DNA of 64,000 bases from Prorocentrum cordatum (Eukaryota). The stretch is from NCBI GenBank assembly GCA_963575745.1, contig CAUYUJ010000139.1:1-64000 (forward strand), written 5' to 3'. The notes under the pieces were generated by a model. That model was given only the letters and a program-made list of their open reading frames with translations, did no database searches and was not told the DNA's origin. The position numbers and the translations under genes are program-made. This document shows, in pieces, positions 40,525 to 52,825 of this stretch (position 1 is the first letter of the stretch; each line of letters begins with the position of its first letter).

Positions 40525-41780
40525 ATGACGGGTAGCTATGCGTGCAGCGTCATCCCTACCTGGAATAGCGATCCGGCAAAATGGAGAGACTACAAACAGG
40601 AGGTCAAGCTCTGGAAGCTCAGTGAGGACCTCGCCGTGGCCCACAGCCCCGCATCGAAGCTCGTGCTGAAGCTAAGTGGGACTGCCCGCGGTGCAGCACT
40701 AAATATGACGGAGGCGCAGCTGCATCCAGCAGCCGCGGCAGACACTGAAGACCCCGATGACAAGAAACGAAATAGGAACCAGGTCGGCATCGAGAATGTG
40801 CTACAACCCCTGGAGGCGAAGTCGGGTCAGCAGAAGCCCGTGCAGAAGGGCGAGACCCTCGAACAGTTCTCCGAGTCGACTCAACATCGCCGACGAAGAG
40901 GTGAACGCATGACGGATTGGCTCATCCGATTCGATACTGGGCTGCAGCAGCTACGCGAGAACGAAGTGGACCTCGACGCGCTGGACGACGTGGCGGGATG
41001 GTTCCTGATGCGCAAGGCTGGGCCCACGGCAGAGCGCCGAGAGTGTGTCGTGGGCAACCTGCCCGACGAGCACTCCGGCTACCAGCGCATCCGCGGGCTG
41101 CTGGTCAGGATGTTCCCGGACGTGCGTGCGACGGAGCGCCGCGCTCCCCCGTCGCGGTCATGGGCCAACGAGTCGCGCTCGCGCGGCGGCTGGCGCAGCA
41201 GCGTTTCCCCCAGCCGCGGGGGGCGCTCTACCAATGTCGTCGACGAGCCGGGCGACGAGAACGACGAAGAGCAAGAGGGAGGCGACGGGGACGAGACCGA
41301 CGTCCAGGACATGGTTCGCCAGGAGCTCGAGGCTTTCAGCGCCCAGCTCGAGTCCTCCAACGTAGACATCTCCGAGCTGTTCGACGGCGACGACCCTGCC
41401 GAGGTCGAAGCTGCCGCAGCGGAACTTGCCGCTATTCCCAAGGCCATGGCCACCGTCAGATCGGCTCGGGAGGCCCTCAAGGGCCGCGGCAGGGCGAAGT
41501 CCGCGCAGAACCGCCGCCCGACCAAGCTACAGAGCCGGGTCGACCAGCGCAAGAGGAACGCTTCTTGCTGGGGCTGCGGCGAGACCGGACACTGGACAGG
41601 GGACAAGGAGTGTCCCACGCCAGGTGCTCGCAAGTTCGCGCCCAAGTACGGCAAGTCAGAGGGCGGTGGGCGAGGAGGTGGCGGAGGCCGTCCTCAGCGC
41701 CAGGCGCACATCGCCGAGCAGGTCCAGTTCGCGGACGAGGAGATCGCCCTGCACCCGCAGGCCATTCACGCCGCCCCCAG
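40525..41780 (+). pseudogene. Copia Gag with zinc knuckle
   Basis: ATG at 40525, then IPTWNSDPAKWRDYKQEV, RRRGERMTDW and CWGCGETGHWTGDKEC (41566-41613). It frameshifts into the protease frame near 41780. Confidence 0.85.
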
Positions 41781-41854
41781 AGACTTGCGTCTCGGAGCGG
41801 CTCATCCACCAACTGCCGAACGTGAACGTCGCGATCGGCAGTGACAAGCCCGTG

Positions 41855-42240
41855 GACGGAGGAGTCGGCGCGGTCGACGCCGCCTGCCTTTTCTGCGCCT
41901 CGGGCAAGAAGTGGTGCAACAACTACAAGGATATCCTCACGAGGATGGGGCTTGCCGACCAGATCCTCGAGGAGCCGGAGGACGAGGTCTACGGGTTCGG
42001 CAACGGAGGTGCCCTCCCAAGCAAGCTGCGCGTCACCGCGCCGCCTGTGTTGTGCGGTCAGGCTGGCCGCGTCGTGTTCAGCGTCGTGGACAGCCCCGCG
42101 CTGCGTCTGCTCATCGGCCGCGACTTCACCCAGCCTTCCAATATCGACATTTCTCTGTGGAAGGGCCAGATTCGCATCGGGAACGCCACCCAGAAGCTCA
42201 CCGCGAACGCAGCGGGCCACCCCGCAATCAAGTTGCAGCC
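41855..42240 (+). pseudogene. Copia aspartic protease
   Basis: GAVDAAC active-site motif (D at 41876), YGFGNG flap and LLIGRDF. Confidence 0.8.
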
Positions 42241-42978
42241 AGAGGACTGGCAAACCATCGAGGACGTCGGCATGGAGCAACCGCCCAGCGCGGCCAGCTC
42301 GTCCGGAAGGAAGCGACAGCTGGACAAGACTCTGTACGTAAAGGTCGAGAAGACGCTCGACCGACGGGGTCGGATGACGAGGGCGGGCGACCAGCCCGCG
42401 GTCAACAACGCTACCAGGACCAGTGCGCTGATCGGCACCATCAACAACCTCGTCACGAAGAAGGAGCTGAATGTTCCGAGACGTCTACAGACTCGTCGAC
42501 TGAAGGGGTCGCGGCTGCTTTCGACCGTAGCCTCAGCCCTGGTCTGCTGCCCCACCGCAGCTCCAGCTCCGAACCTCGCGCCAGCGACGCTGCCGCAGAC
42601 GACCTACCGACCTGCCCCGCGACGTGCGTGACCGAGCCCCTGCAGGACTGCGTCGCCTGTGGCGAGACGACCTTCGAGGCCTGCAGCCACCGAGGGTCAT
42701 GCTCAGACTGCGTCTTCGGCACGCCCGTGGCCCTACGCCGCGGCCAGGGCGCCATCGCCAGCGGCTGCCCCGGACCCGAGGCGAACATCGTGGAGGGGGA
42801 GCAGCTACGCGCGAGGACGTTCAAGAAGGGGGCGAAGCCGCAGCTGATCGCTGGCAAGCGCTCAGTCTTCGTCACCAGCAAGAGCGGCACCCAGCCGCAC
42901 AAGATCGGCCAGGCCTCGATTACTAACCTGGCCTAGTCTACAACCAGATCCAGCCCGACCTCCATTGCGAACAGCACC

Positions 42979-43630
42979 GTGCTCAACGAGTGGTGCTGCA
43001 ACCCGGACAGCAAGCTCAGCGCCGTCTGGAAGAAGAAGGGGGGAGCTGCTGTCAGGTCTGGTCTTCCAGGCTTCGACCTCTCCAAGCAGTTCGTGGTCCA
43101 GGAGCTGGAGGGCAGGGTCCGGAAACACCTTGCCGCGGGCCAGAGTGTGCGAGTTCACGCTGCGTTTCCATGCCAGCCGTGTACATCGCTACAACGACTC
43201 GTCGTCAAGATCGACCCGAGCAAGATCCCCACGCTAAGAAGGGATCGGGCCAAGTCCAAGCAGATGATCGGCCTGTTCCTGCAGTCAATGTCAAGGCTGC
43301 GCAATGAGTTCGGCGTCCAGCTTGCCGTCTCGTTTGAGTGGCCGAGGTGCTGTGACGGATGGGGCTTCAACAATAACGCCATTGCCAAGCAGCTGAGGGA
43401 GCAGCTCCCGCGCGTCGTGGACTTCGACGGCTGCGCGCTCGACCTCAAGACGAAGAATGGGATCCGCATCAGGAAGCCGCGGCGGATCATCACCGACCAT
43501 TTCGGGTTCGACGACTCGCCCAGGCGCTTCTGCAGCGGGGGGCACCCGCGCGCAGAGGCCCGCGGGAAGGACGCGATGCGCAGCGAGAACTACACGACCA
43601 AGCTCGTGACGGTGCTAGCCGAGCAGCTGC
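42979..43630 (+). CDS. C5-cytosine DNA methyltransferase-like domain within the copia polyprotein
   Basis: Ordered motifs: LNEWCC..SKLS (degenerate I), GFDLS, HAAFPCQPCTSLQ (IV, catalytic PC at 43168-43173), SFEWP (VI), FDGC..KPRR (VIII-like), CSGGH, ENYTTKL (X-like). In frame with the integrase HHCC. Confidence 0.72.
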
Positions 43631-43769
43631 GACGTCCGAACCGCCGACCTGCACGAGAAGCCCACCCTGCATGGACGACGAGGAGGGCAAGAAGAAGAAC
43701 GGTTCCAGCCGCCGCAGCCGCTCAGGAGCCATCGCTCACGGCCACGGAGGAGCGGACACTACGGTCCGC

Positions 43770-44830
43770 CATCATTCAGTTCCACGTGAACACGGGGCAC
43801 CCGCCCAACGATTCACTAGCCCGAGCCATTCGTGCGACTGGTGGATCGCAAAGGTCCATCGATATGGCTCTCAACCTCTACTGCGAGGCTTGCGCAGCAC
43901 ATCAGCGACCACTGCCACATCTACTGGGTCGGATCAGACTGGACAGGGACTTCAACGACTCCATCGGAGTGGACCTGTTCACCCTGGCCGACTACGCTGG
44001 CAACCAGCTGGTCCACCTCAACGTGGTCGACCTGGCCTCAGGTTTAACGATGCGCGGCGCTGTCGCATCAAGGCGCCCCGCCCATCGGTTGTTTTCGCTC
44101 GACTGTTGCAGGTTTGGATTGCGCCTTTTGGCGCGCCTCAGCGAGTCGTATTTGATGGGGGAGGCGAGTTCGAGCGAGAGTTCTCCAAGGAGCTCGAGGA
44201 CATGGGTTGCCGCTTGATGACGACATCTGCGGCGACGCCGCAGCAAAATGCTACCGTGGAAAGACATGGGGGATGTGGGAGGTGCACGCGAGGAAGCTGA
44301 TCGATCAGTTCGGCATCAGGTTATCGACCGGCCCGCGACCGCTCACACAATCCAGTGGATGATCGCCTCCGTGTGCTGGGCCATGAACAGCCAGGTCAAC
44401 TCCGCGGGCTACTCGCCGTCGCAGTGGGTGCTCGGGCGAGGCCTTCGCCTCCCGTATGTCTTGCTGGACAACGCCGGCAGGCTGTCCCTGCGCGAGCGCA
44501 TCGTGTCTGACAAGCCGTTCTCGGACAGGATCGCCATCGTGAAGGCCGCGCAGACCTCCATGCAGCACCTGAGGTTAAACCAGTCCCTCTCAAGGGCGCT
44601 GCTGGCCCGATCTCGGGCAGATGGCACAGCGCGCCAGCGGCGTCTACCAGACAGGCGACCAGGTGTACTACTGGAGGGGCAACGGCGAGCCCAAGGGAGA
44701 ATGGGCCTTGCAGTGGCACGGGCCCGCCGTCACCATCGGGTTCGAGGGCGCGTCGAACGTCTGGGCCAGCCGTCGCTCCGCGACCGTGAAGGTCAACCGT
44801 GGACACCTACGCCGCGCCACGGCCACGGAA
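43770..44830 (+). pseudogene. Copia integrase (HHCC + DDE core + C-terminal region), frameshifted
   Basis: HVNTGHP..CEAC, IGVDLF, VVDLASG, FGAPQRVVFDGGGEF, QNATVERHGG, GYSPSQWVLGR, GDQVYYWR..WHGPA. Confidence 0.92.
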
Positions 44831-45899
44831 CTCGTTCCGTGGGGACATGTGCTGAACGCGCTGAACAGCAACCAGCCGCCTGGACCTCCGCCAGGCGCCC
44901 CGCCAGGGACCTTTGGGTCCGCACCTCCTCCAGGGTCTGGAGGAGGTGGCGGTGGCGCAGGCGGCGGCGCCCCGCCGCCCGGTCGTGGTAAAGGAGGAGG
45001 CCCTGCGGGGCCGGCGCCGCCAGACGCTGACGACGACGTGTTCCTCGACCTGACGGGACCGACACCGAAGAAGCGCCCCCGCAGTGACAGTCAGCCCCCC
45101 GCGCCGCCAGCGCTACCAGCACCCGATCCGCAGCCGGCAATCCAGCAGCACAACTTCGGCAACGTCGAGCACTCCGAAGCGAACCCGCGCGCTCATAAGT
45201 ACGCCGAGTGGCTGGCACGCCGCCAAGGAGACGGCGATTTCACAACCAGTGGAGGAGCAAGCGGCCGTGGAGGACCGGCCCCACCGCCTTCGGGAGGAGA
45301 CGTACAGCGGCCCCCGCCGCTGCCGCCGCCAGCGGAGCCGCCGCCGCCACCAGCGGCCGCCGACCCGCCGGCGCCAGCCTCAGACTCAGGCGATGCTGCC
45401 GCTCCTGCAGCCACTTCCGCCGCTGCTGCCGCAGATTTTCGACCTCCTGAACCTGCCCCTCAGGGCCCGGTCGACGACGACATCGAGTCCGATGGCTTGG
45501 ACATGATTCGAGAATGGGCCAAGAATGCGATGGGCCAGGCGCGCCGGGAGACGATGTTGCGGCGCCCACCGGACACCGAGAACCAGCGCGGCACCAAGAC
45601 GCAGCGCCAAGTTCAACAGAAGAGCGCACCAGTGGTACTGCAGCGCGACCGCCAGCACGAGCTCGACCCCCGCGAGCGCGCTGCCAAGCTCAAGGATCTT
45701 TTGGACGATCTGCCCAAGTGCTTCAAGAGGCCGAAGGACACGAACCAGGTCGACCTCTACCTAGATAACTACTTCCAGTAGCACGCGGACGAGCTCTACG
45801 CAAGTACACGACTCCGTGAGGCACTGCTCACGGGCCACGCGACCGCCATGGGGCTCAAGTACGACGCGCTGAGCGCCACCGAAAACAGGAACATCGGCG

Positions 45900-46640
45900 C
45901 CGCCATGAAGACCGAGTGGTCCAAGTGGACGGAGTTCGGCGCCTACAAGAAGTTCCCGCCCACGGGGCTGAAGGAACTCTTGCGAAGCAACCCTGGCAAA
46001 CGCCCTGTGGGCGCACGCTGGGTGTTGACCAGCAAGGGCCAGAACGTCGCGATGGCGCGCCTGGTCGTGCAGGGATGCCAGGAGTACAAGTCCCAGATCA
46101 GGACGGACGCGCCTACAGGGTCCAGGGACGCGCTGTACCTGACCCTGGCTACCGCGGCCCAGAAGGACTGGGACATCTCGTCCTGCGACGCGATGGTGGC
46201 CTACCTGCAGTCGGGTAACATTGAGAGGCTACTGCTCCTGCGCATGCCGGCCAAGAACCCGCTGCCGGGGACCCAGCCTGGCGAGATCGCGATGGCCACA
46301 GGCGCGATCTACGGGGCGCGCGATGCCGGGAGGCAGTGGTACCTCTACGCGCAGAAGGTCTTCGCCGGGCATGGCCTCGTGGAGAGCAAGCTCGAGAAAG
46401 GCCTGTACTACTTCTACGACGAAGGTGGGCTCGCCGCGGTGGTCAACTCGCACGTGGACGACTTCCTTATCGCCGAGCGCAACAACTCCACCAAGTGGAA
46501 GACCACTATCACATCGCTGGTGAAGAAGACACACCTCAAGCCAGTCGAAGGGGTCATCAAGTACTGCGGACGTACGAATACCAAGCTCGACGACGAGTTC
46601 CGCGTGACCCAGGCCACCGCTGCCGCACAGGTGGGCTAGG
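45900..46640 (+). pseudogene. Copia reverse transcriptase
   Basis: RWVLTSK, ARLVVQG, TDAPT, DAMVAYLQ, IYGARDAGRQW and HVDDF (46451). In-frame TAG at 45779 and 46637. Confidence 0.93.
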
Positions 46641-46660
46641 ACCGACTCACCGCCACCGAG

Positions 46661-48136
46661 GTGACGAGATACCGCCACACGCTCGGGCAGCTGTCGTGGC
46701 TAGCAGTGCAGACCCGGGTGGACATCGCCTGCCCGGTGAGCTTCGCAGCTCGACGCACCAACGTCGCTACCGTGGCCGACGCGAAGACGCTCAATAAGAC
46801 AGTCGCGTATGTGCATTCCACCGCGAACTTCGCGATCGTGCTCAAGCGCAAGCTCGTCGACATGAAGGCGGCCATCACCGCGTGCTTCAGCGACGCCGCG
46901 TTCGACAACGTGGACGGCGTCAAGAGCCAGTGGGGCATGGTGATGGGGCTCACCCATCGTCCGCGTGACGTCGTCGGCGGCCGTTACGACCTGTGCCTGC
47001 CCGTCGCCTGGCACTCTGGCACAGTCCAGAGGTCGGCGAAGTCGACCCTCGCTGCCGAGGGGTACGCTACCCTCGAGGGATCGGAGACCAACATGTGGTT
47101 CCGACAACTGCTGACCGAGGCCTACAACCCCAAGACGGCGCTCAAGCAGATCGACGTGCTCGCCGACAAGCGCCCTGGGGAGATCTACAGCGACAGCCAG
47201 GGTCTCGTGACGCACATCGCTTCAGACGTGGGCCAGTCTACCGACAAGCGCTTCCGCATCGTCGCCTCCATGATCAAGGAGGCCGTGCACCCCAACAGTG
47301 CGCTCGAGCTCAGCTGGGTCCCGACCTGGACCATGGTCGCGGACGCCTTGGCGAAGAAGATGGGGGCTGGCGTCCTGCTGTCGTTCTTCGGGGCTCGCAA
47401 ACACACCTATGGGGCACGGCAGCCACGCGCTGCCATGCTCGCCTCAGTCCTGTTCACCTGCCTCGGCAAGGTCAAGGGGCAGCCTACGCCTACGCCGACT
47501 ATGCCGGACTACAGCTTCTACATCTGCCTGCTGACGTTCACGCTGGTCTTCGGCATGACTATCGGTTTCGGCATCTTCGTGACGCTCCGGGCGATCATGA
47601 GGCAGAACGCCGCGATCGCCACCGAAGAGAGTGTCACCGAGGCGAAGGCCATGGGCGAGCACCCTGGCTGGGGCGGCCGCATGCTCGGCCGACGCCGCAA
47701 CATTCCACCGACTATTCCAGAGGACCGTGATCACGATGGTGACATCACGATGTCCCACGTGGACGTGTTCAGCAGCGCACAGGCATCGAGTTCAGTAGCA
47801 TCTGCTACGATTCAGCAGCCGCCACCGCCGCAGGCACCGACAGAACCACCACCTGCCATCGCACAACCACCGTCATCACCATATGCCGCAGCATCAGCAC
47901 GGGGATCTGGACGATCAAGATCATCAAGGTCGCAGGGAAGTTCAGCTCCTGCATCACCGACCGTGGTTTCGGTGACGAGTTCATCGAGTTCCGTTCTGGC
48001 ATCATCAGCCAGTGTTGTGTCGTGGAGCGGATCTTCCCCGACTGTGCAGCCGAGTGACATGTTCAGCTGTGTGACAGGCATTCCCCATCATGCTGTTGTC
48101 ACTGGCCACAATCCACACAGTGTATCTATTACTTGA
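46661..48136 (+). pseudogene. RT C-terminus, copia RNase H and a long C-terminal extension with a hydrophobic/TM segment
   Basis: FSDAAF, STLAAEGYA, YSDSQGL, WVPTWTMVADALAK, then YSFYICLLTFTLVFGMTIGFGIFVTL. Confidence 0.88.
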
Positions 48137-48375
48137 AAGACCTGCAAGAAGCACGCATCGTCGCTTCCTCGGCACTATCATTTCGGCAACCCCGATTTCA
48201 CGATCTTCCCAGAGAGTGTGATGAATGACCTCAGGGGCCGCTGGTGGAAGCTCACAGGCAGAGACGTTTGGCGAGGATCTGATCTGGCGGACAAGGCGGC
48301 GAAGCCGAAGAAAGAAAAGTGAATCCGGCTTGGTTTTTGGATGGCAGTTTGGCCGATCGGACCGGCAATGTTCTA

Positions 48376-48510
48376 CTGCTCATACTGTGCGCCCGGTCAA
48401 GATTTATGCATTCCGCATCGTTGCTCATACTGTACGCCCGGTCAAGATTTATATATTCCGCATCGTTGCTCAGACTTTACGCGTGGTAAGGGTTTACGTA
48501 TTCCGAATCG
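48376..48510 (+). repeat. Three 45-bp tandem repeats in the copia 3' UTR
   Basis: tgctcatactgt.cgcccggtcaagatttat..attccgcatcg units start at 48376, 48421 and 48466 (third diverged). Confidence 0.9.
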
Positions 48511-48844
48511 CCGTTTTCTTTACTCCAGGATAAGTATCCACACGTAACACCTCGTTTTTTTTTTTTTTTTTTTTTTTTTTTTGTTTTTTTGTTTTTGAGA
48601 AGCTTCATTCGTTTCAGTGTGCACAGTTTTTGTTGTGATGGCGATCGCACCCGCTTAGTATCTTGAGAAGATGGCTATATTCCTTTTGGATTTTGTCGCA
48701 TCGCGATCGAACCCTGGCCATTGCTGAGTATACCTTGTATGCCATGCAAGCCGTTTGCTAGCTCATCTCCGTGTATTGCCAGCGAGTGACTTGTTTGCTC
48801 TAGTCCCCGCTCAGGCCTGTCAGAGGCCGCCCGAGACGGCGACT

Positions 48845-48852
48845 AGGAGGAG
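48845..48852 (+). promoter_or_regulatory. Short polypurine tract (AGGAGGAG)
   Basis: Immediately precedes the 3' LTR. Confidence 0.7.
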
Positions 48853-49000
48853 TGTGAGTCAAGCTCACTCCCGAGGGGTTTGTGTTTCATCCCTTGCTCG
48901 CCGCTGCCTTTTTATTTCGAACTAAGGGCCCGTGGCCTTAGAGCTACGCCCCTCGCGAGGCCGCGAGTAAGAATATCCATCGACTATCTCCCATATCACA
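48853..49000 (+). repeat. 3' LTR (148 bp, TG...CA)
   Basis: Aligns with 39752-39898. Confidence 0.95.
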
Positions 49001-50022
49001 GATGATGATGCATGTGATTATGCTTTTGCGGATGAGGATGAGGATGATGAGATAATTATAGTGCTGCTGTTGATGATGATGATGGCGATGATGCTGCTGT
49101 TGTTGTTGGTGATGGCAACGTGTGCGACGAGGATGAGTACTGGTGAGGGCAGGGGGGGGGATGAGGAGGACTGGGAGGCAGTGGGGATAGGACGGAGAGT
49201 AGGATGGGGCAACTGAGGAGGCGGATGATAATGAGTAGGAGGAGAAGAAGGAAACCTACTTGATGATATGATGGAACTGGTGACGAGGATGGTGACGATG
49301 GTTATGCTGCTGGTGATGGTGATCCTGTTGCTGATAATGATGATGATGCTGATGATGATGATGATGATGATGGTGGTGATGATGATGATAATGATTGTGG
49401 TGGTGGTGTTGGTCGTGGTTGTGGTGGTGATGATGATGCTGATGATGGTGTTGATGCTTATGCTGGTGCTGATCATCATGCTGATTGTGATGATGATGAT
49501 GATGATGAACACGACGATGCCGACGATGACGCTGACGACGATGACGATGACGACGACGATTATGCTGAGCATCATGACGATGATTCTGATGATGATGATG
49601 ATGCTCGTGTTGATGATGCTGGTGACGACGATGGTGATGCTGTTGATGATAACGGCGATGCCGACGAAGACGATGAATACGATGACGATGACGACGACAA
49701 AGACGACGATGATGATGATGAAAATGAGGATGATGAGGATGATGATGATGCGGATGCTGCTGATGATGGCGACGCTGACGACGACGTGACGGTGAGGTGT
49801 GAAGATGGGATGACGATAATTCCGTGATTATGTTGGTGATGGTGATGATGGCGATGATGGTGGTGATGGTGGTGATGATGCTGATCCTCATGCTGATGCT
49901 GCTGATGATGGTGATTACGATGATGACAATGCTGATGATGCTGATGATGGTGGTGGTTGTGGTGGCGATGGTGGTGGTGGTGACGATGATCGTGGTGGTG
50001 GTGGTGATGGAGATCATGATGA
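49001..50022 (+). repeat. Degenerate (GAT)n field
   Basis: Direct inspection. Confidence 0.9.
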
Positions 50023-50203
50023 TTCTCCCTCTCCCGCTCTCTGTTTCTGTTTTTCCCACTCCCCTCTCTTTCTCTTTATCCTCTTTCTCCTTCTCCCTCT
50101 CCTTCTCCTTGTTCTGTTCTTCCTCCTCCTCCTCCTATTTTTCCTCCTCATGCTCCTGCTCCTCCTCGCTCGTCCTCCTCACCGCGCGTGCCCGTCTGGA
50201 GAG

Positions 50204-50246
50204 GCCCGGGAGCTCATGCAGAGGCTTCACGCCGGCTTTCAGAAGG
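50204..50246 (+). CDS. Candidate micro-exon (ARELMQRLHAGFQK)
   Basis: gag|GCC...AAGG|gcccgc island within a CT-rich microsatellite. Confidence 0.35.
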
Positions 50247-51259
50247 GCCCGCCCCGCTGCTGCCTCTCCTTGCCCTCCTCGTCCCTCCTCGTCCTTCGTC
50301 CCTCCTCCTCGTCCCTCCTCCTCGTGCCTCCTCGTGCCTCGTCGTCCCTCCTCGTCCTACATGATTTTTCCATGTTCTCCGTCATCGTCCCCGTCCTCCT
50401 CCCCCCTGCCCTCCTCGCCGCTCTCCTGCCGCTCCCGCTGCTCCTCCCCTTCCTCACCCTCGTGCGTCCTGACTCTGCTCCTGTTTGTCGTCGTCGTCGT
50501 CGTCGGCGGCGGCGTAGGTGTCGGCGTCGGCGTCGGCGTCGTCGTCTCGGCGTCGGCGTCGGCGTCGGCGTTGGAGTTGGTGTCGTCGTCGTCGTTCGTC
50601 GTCGTCGGTCGTCGGCGTCGTCGTCGTTGCTGTCGGCGGCGGCTGTGGCTTTGTCGTCGAGGAGGAGAGAGGAGAGAGGAGAGAGGCAAGCTAGGTGTGC
50701 AAGCGTTTTCTCGGACGTCCTACCCCTCCCTCCCATCCCTTACCATGGCGTAGTTCTCCTCTCTATTCGCAGTCGGATGTCGAGCAGAGCAATGATCCCG
50801 AGAGGGTGCGAGATCCATGGTAGTGCGTGGCATAGCACAGCGTAGAAACGCGCGGCAGAGCGTAACATGTCCCGGGAAACATGCAAATGACCGGTTCGGA
50901 AAGAGCGGACGCGTACGATGAGAGCCAACGTTGTAGCGGGAAAACGATTTGGAAGATCCGCGACAACGAAAATAGGTCAGCTTTGCAGCGGGAGTGGGAT
51001 TTGGAAGGATTGAGATTCAGAATGGAGCGCAATTCGGGACACCGACGATGTTCGGATAGGACGCAACACATATGATCGACCACTTTTGGGGGATCCTATG
51101 TGCAAAAAACAATACGCGGAGGGGTGCAGGCTACGACCTCGGAGTTTTTTCGGGAGAGAGGAGCGTAGTATTCATGTGGTGCAATTACAGACAGGAGCAG
51201 TGAGGAGGAAGGAGGGAGAAGGAGGAGAGAGGAGAGAGGAGAGAGAAGGGAGGAGGAAT

Positions 51260-52562
<1,303 letters not shown>

Positions 52563-52825
52563 TGGCGGGGGAATGGCGGGGGAATGCCACAAGCAACATT
52601 GATACTTGGACGTATACGAAATTCATCACACATGCAATGATACTGTGACCAGGCCGACGACGAATACTTCCAAAACTTCTGCGAACAACGACATCAGTAT
52701 GAATGCTGACGGGAATGCCAGTATGCAGGGGGAAGATGGTAACACATCGTGCAACTTGTTGTACGCGTCATAGCAAGATGGGGAGGGGAGGAGGAGGAGG
52801 AGAAGGAGGAGGAGGAGGAGGAGGA

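Larger units (their letters stand above)
39752..49000 (+). mobile_element. Full-length but decayed Ty1/copia LTR retrotransposon
   Basis: Paired LTRs, TSD GATGA (39747-39751 and 49001-49005), PBS, PPT, and gag-PR-IN-RT-RH order (integrase before RT indicates copia). Confidence 0.95.

Noticed and set aside
42934..46639. Programmed read-through of the three in-frame TAG codons in the copia
   Set aside because: The element also has several frameshifts and diverged LTRs; ordinary decay is the simpler explanation.
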